Part shown: positions 54,771 through 63,709 of the stretch, piece after piece | Numbering within the stretch: the stretch's first letter is position 1 | Layout of the letters: the number at the start of each line of letters is the position of its first letter | Source of the DNA: an uncultured Alphaproteobacteria bacterium | GTDB lineage: Bacteria; Pseudomonadota; Alphaproteobacteria; Rhizobiales; Xanthobacteraceae | Assembly (NCBI GenBank): GCA_963697015.1 | Contig: CAVOML010000024.1 | Span: 12,227-76,226, forward strand | Reading direction: 5' to 3' | DNA: 64,000 nt | Position numbers and translations under genes: made by a program | Notes under the pieces: model-generated | What the model was told of the DNA's origin: nothing | Databases searched by the model: none | What the model saw: the letters and a program-made list of their open reading frames with translations, nothing else

Positions 54771-55918
54771 TCGACTAGCCGCTTGATGAGCTTGTGCTGC
54801 ATCGCCGCCCCCGGCGTCCAGAAACCCGCCGGCACGTCGGGCGTGTCGCGCACGAGGCAGATCGCGCATTCGGAGATGATCTTCGAGGTCGAGCCATAGC
54901 CGGGATCGCGGTCGCCCTTCACGGAGATGTGGACCTCGCGATTATCGGGCGCGACCGCGACATAGAGCAGGTCGTAGAGCCCATTCTCCTGCTCCTCCTT
55001 CGAGGGCCCCTCGCCGGGCTTTAGAGCGTTCGGTCCGGTCTTCCCGGCGTTGGCGGCCATCACCTTCCTGGCGTTGGCCTCGCCCTTTTCGCCAGGGCCG
55101 GTCAACACCATCTCGTCGTAGATGAACTCCTTGCTGTAAGGAAAGCCCATCAGCATGTTGGAGCGATGGACATTGCGGGTGTTGATCAGCGCCATCGTGA
55201 ACGGCGCTGTCCATGAGCGCATGTCGTCCTCGTAGACCGGCTTGTTGCCCTTCGGCTGCTTTGCACCCTTGAAACCCGGCGTCAGCGCAAAGGGATCGTT
55301 CAGAATCGCAACCAGGCTGAGATCCTTGGAGACGGCTTCGAACGTGGCGCGCCCGCTTGCCGCGGTGCCGCCCGAAAACGTGCCGCGCATGTCGCGCACG
55401 CGGCCCTTGACGCGCGCGGCCGGCGCGCCGAACACGCGTTTGGCTTCTTCCTGAACGTAGAACGTCCCAAGCTCGAACGGCACCGAATCGAAGCCACAGG
55501 AGAAGACGATGCGCGCGCCGCTCGCTTTCGCCTCGGCCTCGTGCTTGTCGATCATCTGCCGCATCCAGACCGGCTCGCCGCAGAGATCGAAATAATCCGT
55601 ACCCGACGCAGCGCAGGCCGCGATCAGCTCGTTGCCGTACCATTGATACGGGCCCACGGTCGTGAGCACAGACCTGGTCTGATCGACCATCGTCTTCAGT
55701 GCGCCGGCATCACTCGAGTCGGCCGCAATCAGCGGCGTATCCGCCGGCGCGCCGATCGCATCGCGGACCGATTTGAGCTTGTCGAGGCTGCGGCCGGCCA
55801 TCGCCCATTTCAGCTCCTTGTCGTTGCTGTAGTGCGCGGCGAGATATTCGGCGACGAGTTGGCCGGTGAAACCGGTCGCGCCATAGACCACGATGTCGAA
55901 TTTTTTCGCAGCGCTCAT
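54737..55918 (-). CDS. Saccharopine dehydrogenase-like / trans-acting enoyl reductase family oxidoreductase
   Basis: YGATGFTG, TVGPY, YFDLCGE, CGFDSVP, DPGYGSTSK. Confidence 0.9.
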   Translation of the reverse strand: MSAAKKFDIVVYGATGFTGQLVAEYLAAHYSNDKELKWAMAGRSLDKLKSVRDAIGAPADTPLIAADSSDAGALKTMVDQTRSVLTTVGPYQWYGNELIAACAASGTDYFDLCGEPVWMRQMIDKHEAEAKASGARIVFSCGFDSVPFELGTFYVQEEAKRVFGAPAARVKGRVRDMRGTFSGGTAASGRATFEAVSKDLSLVAILNDPFALTPGFKGAKQPKGNKPVYEDDMRSWTAPFTMALINTRNVHRSNMLMGFPYSKEFIYDEMVLTGPGEKGEANARKVMAANAGKTGPNALKPGEGPSKEEQENGLYDLLYVAVAPDNREVHISVKGDRDPGYGSTSKIISECAICLVRDTPDVPAGFWTPGAAMQHKLIKRLVDHAGLTFAVEP

Positions 55919-55935
55919 TTCGATTCCTTGTTACT

Positions 55936-56073
55936 CCGTCATCGCAAGCGAAGCTTGTAGGGGGGCAAAGCGCAAGCGTGCCCACCATCTCGAAACCACG
56001 CTGCCGATAGATGGTGGGCACGGCGCAAATGCGCCTTTGTCCACCCTGCAAGCTTCGTTCCTCGCCATGACGG
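55936..56073. repeat. Nested REP element: GTAG-type dimer (55957-56049) inside CGTC-type arms
   Basis: CCGTCATCGCAAGCGAAGCTT [GTAGGGGGGCAAAGCG...GTGCCCACCAT ... ATGGTGGGCAC...CCTTTGTCCACCCTGC] AAGCTTCGTTCCTCGCCATGACGG. Confidence 0.82.
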
Positions 56074-56080
56074 TACTGAA

Positions 56081-56866
56081 TCATTTCTTCCCGTAGCTCA
56101 CGCCCATGCCGGCGCGCACATCGGCCTGGATGCCGTAGGGCGCGATCGGATAGCGCAAACCGTTTTTGGCGAGTTGCTTCATCCCCACGATGGCCTTCAC
56201 GAGGTGCTCCGGCCTGAGCGCCATTAGCATCTCCTCATCGGGCACGCCACCATAACGCCGCTCGGCAAAACACGGCAGCGAGAGCGACGGCTCACCGGTC
56301 TTCAGCGCCCGCCCCCACGAATCCGCGCACGCGGTCTCGCCGACCACACCCCATTCGAACTTCTTGTAGCCGGTATATTGCAGGCCATTGATCAGGATAA
56401 TCATCTGGCCCGGCGTCGCGTAGACGAGGCAAATGTCCGGCGGATTGAGCCTCCCGCTGGTAAGCGGACTCACCGCCATCGCCTGGTAGCGGCCAAACGG
56501 CACGACATCCAACGCCTCCTGCCGCTTGCGTGCATCTTCCGCGGTACCATGCCAGACGCCGACATAGTTCGCGCCCTCGAGCCATTTCTCATCCGTCGGG
56601 CTGAGGCCAATCACGGCGCGGCATTGCGCGCCCACGAGATCGTCTGCGGTGATGCCCACGGTCCAGCCGAGCCGCGAGGCCATGCTGACGATCTGGTCGG
56701 TGGTATGCACCGCATTCGGCCGGCGGATCTTCGGGATCGCCTCCATGTCCTCGACGCGGGCAAACATCTTGATGCCCGTGACCGTCGTCCTCAGGCGCAA
56801 CAGGCTGTTGAGATCGGCGACCATGCCGGCGAGATCGAATTGTTCCGGCGGTGTCTGCTGTTGCAT
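56081..56866 (-). CDS. DUF169-like protein
   Basis: QCRAVIGL, PPDICLVYATPGQM, ETACADSW, SLPCFAERRYGG..EEM; start MQQQTPP after GGAGA. Confidence 0.8.
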   Translation of the reverse strand: MQQQTPPEQFDLAGMVADLNSLLRLRTTVTGIKMFARVEDMEAIPKIRRPNAVHTTDQIVSMASRLGWTVGITADDLVGAQCRAVIGLSPTDEKWLEGANYVGVWHGTAEDARKRQEALDVVPFGRYQAMAVSPLTSGRLNPPDICLVYATPGQMIILINGLQYTGYKKFEWGVVGETACADSWGRALKTGEPSLSLPCFAERRYGGVPDEEMLMALRPEHLVKAIVGMKQLAKNGLRYPIAPYGIQADVRAGMGVSYGKK

Positions 56867-56959
56867 GGCGTTGTCTCCCAAAAGCGGCTTTGCGGTGATC
56901 CTAGTGCCGCCGCGACGCTCCGGGAAGAGTGTTCCGTGCCGGCAACGACAAGCGGCCAC

Positions 56960-57450
56960 GTTCCCGCGGCGGGATTCGCCCGGGTGATGCAGCAAGCGAG
57001 GCCCTCGAAAATCGAGAGGGCGCAGGGAATGCCGGATGCCGAAACGCACCCGCAGCCTTGCGTGCAAAATGGAAGAAAGCACGCACGCAAGTCGTGACAG
57101 GTACGCCGAACATTCCGGCATTCCCTGCGCAATGGTTTACGACTTATAGCGCGCTCTCCCCGGTGTCCGGGCTTTTTAGCCACCGTCGCCCGTGAAAGAA
57201 AGTCCACGGGCTTGATCCCAGCGTCGGGAGATCAGGACCACACGCCTTTGCCGTCCGCATCGGCAGCGTTCGTCAACTGCACCAATGCGTCCATCGCATC
57301 CCGCACCACGTTTCGTGACGATCTAGAAGCGCCCCTCTGTCGGCGCGGAATGGCACACCATATACACCCGATCGCGCGTTCTGAAAAACAGAATCTTTTT
57401 CATCGAAGGGCTTGACACGAATTCGGAAAATCAGCCCGTCGGGCAAATCA
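56960..57450. repeat. Long structured interspersed element of Bradyrhizobium type
   Basis: Perfect 17-bp inverted repeat GCGCAGGGAATGCCGGA (57020-57036) / TCCGGCATTCCCTGCGC (57114-57130) plus several nested hairpins; overlapping ORFs look non-coding. Confidence 0.7.
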
Positions 57451-57766
57451 GTTGGCGCGTGACGCCGCCGCGGCACGTTTTAAGGCGGCGAGTCCGAGAA
57501 TGGAATTCCGAGTCGCAGCGATGTATTGATCGTCCCCACCTGTGCTCTGAATTCACTTCCGCCTTCGGCGGTACAGCGGACGTAGCTGGACTCGCTGCTG
57601 GCTTGACCCGGTCCAGAATGACCCAACTCGGACATCGGGCGTGACCGAACAGCAGCCCGTCCTGCTTTGATTTGGGGTTATCGCAGAATCTGTCCAGACC
57701 CTGTACGCTAAGGGCTCATGCGTTCGGTCGGCGTCCATGTTCGACGTTGAGACGAGGCGGGGAAGC

Positions 57767-59125
57767 ATGCGTCTTGTTCTGAAGATGTTCAAATTTCTTG
57801 TCGCGATTGTGCTTCTCGGGATTTTGGGGTTCAGCGGCTGGCTAACCTTCAGCCCACCCGATGGGCTGCTGTCCGCCTCGGCCTATGCGGCAAAAATGGT
57901 CTGCTCAAACGTGTTCATTGCCAAACGCGACGCGACTGCGGTCATTGGAACCGACGTGGAGTTTGCACTTCCTCGTATCGTCAAACGTATGAAAATCAAC
58001 GTGGACACCGCCAACCAGCGTGTCGGGGTGGCATATTTAGGCCTGTTTGCCAAACGCTACGCCCAATATGAGGGGGGACGCGGTTGCACATTGGTCTCAA
58101 AGAACGAAATCCCCCACCGCGCCGCGCCGCCTTTGCCCCCAGCAACGTCTGACGCGCTCTGGCCGGCTGGCGCGAGGGTACAATTATCCGACGACAAGCG
58201 TTTGCTGGCAGCGCTGAACGATCCGGCTCTCCAGGGACCCGGCATGCGCGCGATCGTCGTGGTCCATGACGGGCGCATTGTCGGCGAGACCTATGGCGAA
58301 GGCTTCGACGCTTCGACGCCCTTACTCGGCTGGTCGATGACGAAGACCGTGAACGCTGCCCTGGCCGGCATGGCGATCAAGGACGGAAAGCTTTCGCTGG
58401 ATCAGAAGAATCTGTTTCCGCAATGGGCCGGCGACGCGCGCGCGGAGATCTCGGTGGCCGATTTGATGGCCATGACAAGCGGATTGGAATGGAATGAAGA
58501 TCAGGGCAATTCTCCCGACCCTGGACCATTGGAGAATCTTGCAAGGGATGCGGTGGCTTTCGCGAGGGACCGCGCGCTTGTCACCCCGCCTGGAACGAAA
58601 TTCAATTATTCCGGCGGTTCGTCCGTCCTATTGGCGCGGCTCTGGCAGAACGCGATTGGAGCGGAAGCGCGAGCTTATCCGCAAGAGCGATTGTTCAAGC
58701 CTTTGGGCGTGACCAGCGCTGTTCTCGAATCCGACCCTTCAGGCACGTTCCTTGGAGAAGGGTTTCTCTACGCCAATGCGCACGATTGGGCGCGCTTCGG
58801 CGAATTGTTGCGCCTGGACGGAGAATGGAACGGCGAACAGCTTTTGCCGATGGGCTTCGTCGATTACATGCGTTCGCCCGTGCCAGCGTCCGACGAGGGA
58901 CATGGCCCGGTCTACGGTCGCGGAGGGGTTTGGTTGGCGCGGGGCGAAGGATTCAACCTCCCTGCCGACACCTTCATGTTGCAAGGGCACCTCCGCCAGG
59001 TGATCGCGATCATTCCCTCGCGTAAACTGGTGATCCTGCGCATGGGTTTAACGCGGGAAGATATTGGGTACAGCGTCGCGAAACTGCTGTACGCGATTGT
59101 CGCGGCGCGCCGATCGAATAAATGA
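57767..59125 (+). CDS. Serine hydrolase, beta-lactamase class C-like, N-terminal membrane anchor
   Basis: SxxK motif WSMTKT, LMAMTSGL, FNYSGG, ARFGEL. Confidence 0.9.
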   Translation: MRLVLKMFKFLVAIVLLGILGFSGWLTFSPPDGLLSASAYAAKMVCSNVFIAKRDATAVIGTDVEFALPRIVKRMKINVDTANQRVGVAYLGLFAKRYAQYEGGRGCTLVSKNEIPHRAAPPLPPATSDALWPAGARVQLSDDKRLLAALNDPALQGPGMRAIVVVHDGRIVGETYGEGFDASTPLLGWSMTKTVNAALAGMAIKDGKLSLDQKNLFPQWAGDARAEISVADLMAMTSGLEWNEDQGNSPDPGPLENLARDAVAFARDRALVTPPGTKFNYSGGSSVLLARLWQNAIGAEARAYPQERLFKPLGVTSAVLESDPSGTFLGEGFLYANAHDWARFGELLRLDGEWNGEQLLPMGFVDYMRSPVPASDEGHGPVYGRGGVWLARGEGFNLPADTFMLQGHLRQVIAIIPSRKLVILRMGLTREDIGYSVAKLLYAIVAARRSNK

Positions 59126-59267
59126 TGCGATTACTTCCGCGATTGTGAAGGTTTGCGGATGTTGGCCCCATGAATTCGCGAAGGCCAGAGCTTAGCCGTG
59201 CTGAATTTGCTTTGTTCAAGGAGGTCGGCTACGAATGAGCAAAGGGCAGGACGACTTGGGAGGGGAC

Positions 59268-59672
59268 ATGTCCAGCACGGGCTATGCATTGACAGGCTTC
59301 GTCTCGTGGGCGCTCCTTCTGCTGGTAATGATGGAAGCCATCCGAACTCATTTTGTCGTGACCGGAAAGGTCGCGGCCAACGCCTTCACGCCAGACAACT
59401 CCGGATTATCGCCCTTCATGCAGCGCCTCGCCCGCGCGCATGCCAATTGCATCGAAGGTCTGCCAATTTTCGGTGGCTTGTTGGCGATTGCCATCATGAC
59501 ATCAAAAACAGGAATCACGGACCCTCTGGCGCTTTGGCTTCTTGGCGCAAGGATCGTGCAGTCGACTATCCATCTCGCCTCGACCAGTCCGGTAGCAGTA
59601 AGTCTCCGCTTCGCCGCTTTCGCCGTCCAGATGGCGATTGGTGTCTATTGGTCATGGAAGCTGATGGTCTAA
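59268..59672 (+). CDS. MAPEG-family membrane protein
   Basis: RLARAHANCIEGLPIF, ARIVQSTIHL; RBS GGAGGGG. Confidence 0.88.
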   Translation: MSSTGYALTGFVSWALLLLVMMEAIRTHFVVTGKVAANAFTPDNSGLSPFMQRLARAHANCIEGLPIFGGLLAIAIMTSKTGITDPLALWLLGARIVQSTIHLASTSPVAVSLRFAAFAVQMAIGVYWSWKLMV

Positions 59673-59688
59673 GGATTTGGCCAAGTAG

Positions 59689-60504
59689 CTATTTGGCTTT
59701 GCCGTCCCTGGCATTCACCGCCACGGAAGCCTCGCTCGTCAGCAACAGGAACGTGAACGTCTCCTGCAGATAGAGCCGCACCTTCTTGTCATCGTGGCTG
59801 AGATAGCCGATCGACACGTCCTCGCCGATATGCAGGGCGAAATCGCCGCCGCGCGTCGTCAGCACGAACGCGCCTGAGATTGCCGGCGCCCAGATGATCT
59901 CGCCGTCCACGAGCTCCCTGATGTGCTGCATGACGGGATGGCCGTGGTCGCTGCTCTCGCTCAGCTTTGTGTAGGCGTCCGCCCCGAGCAACACCGAATA
60001 GGGGCCGTTGACGCCCTCGAGGCGCAACTGGCTGAGCGCGTGCGCGATGACGTCGGGATAGGCGCGCACGTCTGACGGCAGCGTGAGGATCGGATTGCTG
60101 GTGCCCTCACGGATGCCGCCGATGCCGGCGGCGGCATATCCGTCGAAGATGGCCCGATCCTCGGCGAAGGCCAGAATCTTCGCAGCGTCTTTCGCGGGCT
60201 GCCAGTCGGAATCCTCGGCGCCGCGCTCGACGTCATCGATCTGCTGGCGACCGAGCTCGAAGGGAACGCGCAGCTCGACCAGCGGCTTGACCTCGCGCTG
60301 CCGCGCCAGGATTCCGTCTCCGGGCGCCTTGAGGTTCTGCAAATGGCCCGTGCCGATGGCGGAAAGCGCCGTACCGCCGGGCCCCTCCACGTCGACGACG
60401 CGCCGCCCGGCCAGATAGCGCTTGAGGGTGCGCGAGGTCTCTTCCTCGATCTCAGCCCAGGCCTCATCCGATATCGGGGCAAGCTCACGGTGAAGGTTAT
60501 TCAT
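59689..60504 (-). CDS. Family 1 encapsulin shell protein (linocin M18-like)
   Basis: MNNLHRELAPISDEAWAEIEEE, RRVVDVEGP, FAEDRAIF, GGDF.L.IG.D.SIGY.SH, YLQETFTF. Confidence 0.95.
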   Translation of the reverse strand: MNNLHRELAPISDEAWAEIEEETSRTLKRYLAGRRVVDVEGPGGTALSAIGTGHLQNLKAPGDGILARQREVKPLVELRVPFELGRQQIDDVERGAEDSDWQPAKDAAKILAFAEDRAIFDGYAAAGIGGIREGTSNPILTLPSDVRAYPDVIAHALSQLRLEGVNGPYSVLLGADAYTKLSESSDHGHPVMQHIRELVDGEIIWAPAISGAFVLTTRGGDFALHIGEDVSIGYLSHDDKKVRLYLQETFTFLLLTSEASVAVNARDGKAK

Positions 60505-61574
60505 GAGGCGGGGTCTCCTTTGAGCGAACCAATGTCGAGCGAGCCTTTGCGTTTTGGCGACGCCGTTGGCGCGGGCGCTGCATCAGCGGGCTCGTCCGGA
60601 ACCGCCGCGGCCGGCTCGTCGCCCGCGACGTTGTCGAGGAAGGTCGCCGACGGCACGAAGAACAGATTGCCGGTCCTGGCCACGCTGAAATCGAGCAGGC
60701 GGTCGTAATTGCCGGGCGGCCGGCCTACGAACATGTTCTCCAGCATCTGCTCGATGGTTCGCGGCGAACGCGCATAACCGATGAAATAGGTGCCGAACTC
60801 GCCCTCGGCGACGCGGCCAAACGGCATGTTGTCGCGGACGATCTTCATCTCCTTGCCGCCCTCTTCGATGATGGTGAGCGCGTTATGCGCGCAAGAGGGC
60901 TTTGTGGCGTCGTCGAGCTCGATGTCGGAAAGCTTGCCGCGGCCGATGATGCGCTCCTGGGTTTCCGTCGACAGCGCGTTCCAGCCGCCCATGTCGTGCA
61001 GATATTTCTGCACGATCACATAGCTGCCGCCGGCGAAGGCAGCGTCCTCGTCCCCGATATAGGCGGCGGCGTTCGCGGCTTGCGCCGTCGGGTTCTCGGT
61101 GCCATCGACGAAGCCGAGCAGGTCGCGGTCGTCGAAATAGCGAAAGCCATGCACCTCGTCGACTGCGGTCACGGCATCACCGAGCTTCGCCATGATCTGG
61201 GTCGCGAGCTCGAAGCACAAATCCATGCGCCTGGCACGAATGTGAAACATGAGATCGCCCGGCGTCGCCACCGCATGGCGCGGGCCGGCCTTGATCTCCT
61301 TGAACGGATGCAGCTCCGCTGGACGCGCTCCGCCAAACAGCCGGTCCCAGGCGTCAGATCCGATCCCCATCACGCAGGACAGATTTCCCTCGATGTCGCG
61401 GAAGCCAACGGCGCGCAACAGCCCCGGGAGGTCACCGCAGAACGACCGGACCGCCGTGCGGCTCGCGCTGCCGGGATTGATGGTCGCAACCAGGAAGATC
61501 GCGGCGCGCGTCAAGGCCCCGACCACCGACTGGGAATCGGGGGGCTGCCCGGATGGCGCAGGCGGTGCATTCAT
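60501..61574 (-). CDS. Dye-decolorizing peroxidase (DyP), encapsulin cargo
   Basis: GFVDGTENP (GxxDG), IVQKYLHD, proximal His in AHNAL, RDNMPFG; C-terminal targeting peptide GSLDIGSLKG. Confidence 0.95.
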   Translation of the reverse strand: MNAPPAPSGQPPDSQSVVGALTRAAIFLVATINPGSASRTAVRSFCGDLPGLLRAVGFRDIEGNLSCVMGIGSDAWDRLFGGARPAELHPFKEIKAGPRHAVATPGDLMFHIRARRMDLCFELATQIMAKLGDAVTAVDEVHGFRYFDDRDLLGFVDGTENPTAQAANAAAYIGDEDAAFAGGSYVIVQKYLHDMGGWNALSTETQERIIGRGKLSDIELDDATKPSCAHNALTIIEEGGKEMKIVRDNMPFGRVAEGEFGTYFIGYARSPRTIEQMLENMFVGRPPGNYDRLLDFSVARTGNLFFVPSATFLDNVAGDEPAAAVPDEPADAAPAPTASPKRKGSLDIGSLKGDPAS

Positions 61575-61682
61575 CGGATCGCCCCTGCCGGTCGCGCCCT
61601 GTCAACAGAAGTCATCGATGATGCGTCCAATCTCCACGAATTGACCTAACACTGTAGCGGCGGCCCGTCTTTCGTCTACGCA

Positions 61683-62492
61683 CTAATTTGTGGACGCGGG
61701 TCCTGGAAACAGCTCGTCGGTCCGTCCCGTCAGGCGATAGGCAATCAGCCCCAGCCATTCCCGCACCGCCAGATTGGTGTACTCAAGGCCATCCTCCGAT
61801 TGGATCGGAAAATGCGTGAGGTCCTTCTCTCCCGCAAGCCGCCAGTCGACGGGACATGGCTCAACCGCAAAGCCCACTTTCCGGAAAATCCCGACCGAGC
61901 GCGGCATGTGGAAGGCCGAGGTCACGAGCAGCCAGCGCTCGCCGGGTTTTGGATCGGCGAGCTTCTTCGAAAATTCCGCGTTCTCGAACGTATTGCGCGA
62001 CTCCCGCTCGATGATGAGCCGCTCTTTGGCAATGCCAAGGCCCTCAAACACCTTTGCGGCGTAATCGGCTTCCCTGGCGGAAGTGTCGTTGAGGTAATTG
62101 GCGCTGCCGCCGGAATAGAGGATGCGCGCGTTCGGAAAGCGATGCGCCAGCATGGCCGCGGAGATGATGCGGCCGGCCGAATTGGAGAACACCGCTTCGC
62201 CATGGGCGGCGGACGGATCGGCATCGATCCCGCCTCCGAGCACGACAATACCGTCGGGCGCGCCGTGCGAGGCGTCCCAGGGCGGAAAGCGCGACTCCAG
62301 CGGATACATCAGGAGACTTCCAACCGGCGTGAATCCGCAAATTGCGAACAGCAGCGCCGACGCAACCAGCAGTCCGCGGCCGAGCTTCGCCCATCGTGTC
62401 AGGAGCAGGAGCACGCCGAGCAGGCCGAGCTCGATCAGAAGATTGATCGGCAGCAGCATGATGCCGAGCGTCTTGGAGAAGGCGAAAAACAA
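61683..62492 (-). CDS. YdcF/DUF218 family membrane protein
   Basis: IVVLGGG, SRNTFENA, LVTSAFHMPRS. Confidence 0.9.
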   Translation of the reverse strand: MFFAFSKTLGIMLLPINLLIELGLLGVLLLLTRWAKLGRGLLVASALLFAICGFTPVGSLLMYPLESRFPPWDASHGAPDGIVVLGGGIDADPSAAHGEAVFSNSAGRIISAAMLAHRFPNARILYSGGSANYLNDTSAREADYAAKVFEGLGIAKERLIIERESRNTFENAEFSKKLADPKPGERWLLVTSAFHMPRSVGIFRKVGFAVEPCPVDWRLAGEKDLTHFPIQSEDGLEYTNLAVREWLGLIAYRLTGRTDELFPGPASTN

Positions 62493-62540
62493 GGGAAGCC
62501 TCTTGGGATATTTGGTAGTGGGTCATACGCTGTCCTTCCG

Positions 62541-62602
62541 CACAGCCCAAGTCCCTACCGCCCAAGTCCCTACAGTCCAAGTCCCCTACAGTCCAAGTCC
62601 CT
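62541..62602. repeat. 15-bp tandem repeat (CCAAGTCCCTACAGT, about 4 copies)
   Basis: Units at 62547, 62562, 62577 (16 bp, extra C) and partial at 62593. Confidence 0.9.
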
Positions 62603-62625
62603 CAATTCCTTGAAAGTCGCCGCCC

Positions 62626-63567
62626 ATGGCCCATCACCATCTGCATTCGAGCCCCGAAACCTGCCATTGGGGCTTTTTCGAAGCGAAGCTGAAGCCGGTG
62701 CTGACCATCGACAGCGGCGATGAGATCACCGTCGACACGATCTCCGGCGGCCCGGATCAGGTGCCTGACAAGAGCAAATTTCACGTCCCGCCCGAGCTCT
62801 TCGAGGTGCATGCGAAAAGCGAGCGCATGGTGCCCGGCCACATCCTGACCGGACCGGTCGCGGTGAAGGGCGCCGCGCCCGGCGATGTGCTGGAAGTCGA
62901 CATCCTCGATGTCAAACTCCGGCAGGACTGGGGCTACAACCTGATCCGTCCGCTGGCGGGCACCCTGCCCGACGATTTTCACGAGACGCGGCTGCTCAAT
63001 ATCCCGCTCGACACCAAGCGCATGGTCGGCCATTTGCCCTGGGGACTGGAGCTGCCGCTCGCGCCTTTCTTCGGCGTGATGGGGGTAGCACCTCCGCCGG
63101 CCTGGGGCCGCATCACCTCGCTGATCCCGCGCGCGATGGGCGGCAATCTCGACAACAAGGAATTGGGCGCAGGCGCCAAACTCTATCTGCCGGTGTTCGT
63201 ACCGGGCGCGCTGTTCTCCTGCGGCGACGGCCATGGGGTGCAGGGCGATGGCGAAGTCTGCGTCACCGCGATCGAGACCGCGCTGCGGGGCCATTTCCGG
63301 CTGACACTGCGCAAGGACATCAAGCTCGATTATCCCCGCGCAGAAACACCGACACATTACATGACCATGGCGATGGACCCCGACCTCGACCAATGCGTGG
63401 TCAGGGCGTTGCGCGACATGATCGTGCTGCTGGGCGAGAAGCGGAATTTGTCGCGCGAGGACGCCTACACGCTTTGCAGTCTCGCCGCCGATTTGCGGGT
63501 CACGCAGACCGTGAACGGCTCCAAGGGCATCCACTGCATGATCGCGAAGAGTGTCGTGCACGGCTGA
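62626..63567 (+). CDS. Acetamidase/formamidase family protein
   Basis: GHILTGPV, GGNLDN, GDGHGVQGDGEVCVTAIE, AYTLCSL. Confidence 0.9.
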   Translation: MAHHHLHSSPETCHWGFFEAKLKPVLTIDSGDEITVDTISGGPDQVPDKSKFHVPPELFEVHAKSERMVPGHILTGPVAVKGAAPGDVLEVDILDVKLRQDWGYNLIRPLAGTLPDDFHETRLLNIPLDTKRMVGHLPWGLELPLAPFFGVMGVAPPPAWGRITSLIPRAMGGNLDNKELGAGAKLYLPVFVPGALFSCGDGHGVQGDGEVCVTAIETALRGHFRLTLRKDIKLDYPRAETPTHYMTMAMDPDLDQCVVRALRDMIVLLGEKRNLSREDAYTLCSLAADLRVTQTVNGSKGIHCMIAKSVVHG

Positions 63568-63709
63568 CGACCCTCCGAGCCGGCCGAGGAACGCCGTCGC
63601 GCCGTCAAATAAACGCTGGCCTCACGCCGTGTCGTTCATGCTCGCGCCGCCGCAATCCGTGATAACATAGCGTTCAATAAGCGGCGCGCGGCCGTATCGG
63701 GAGGTGACC

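Noticed and set aside
56791-57644. Small ORFs within the structured element (56791..57207, 56929..57195, 57212..57415 and others)
   Set aside because: Overlapping, with no RBS or domain support; they are translations of a palindromic repeat.
62541-62602. CRISPR array
   Set aside because: The repeats are directly adjacent 15-16 bp units with no unique spacers, and there are no cas genes.
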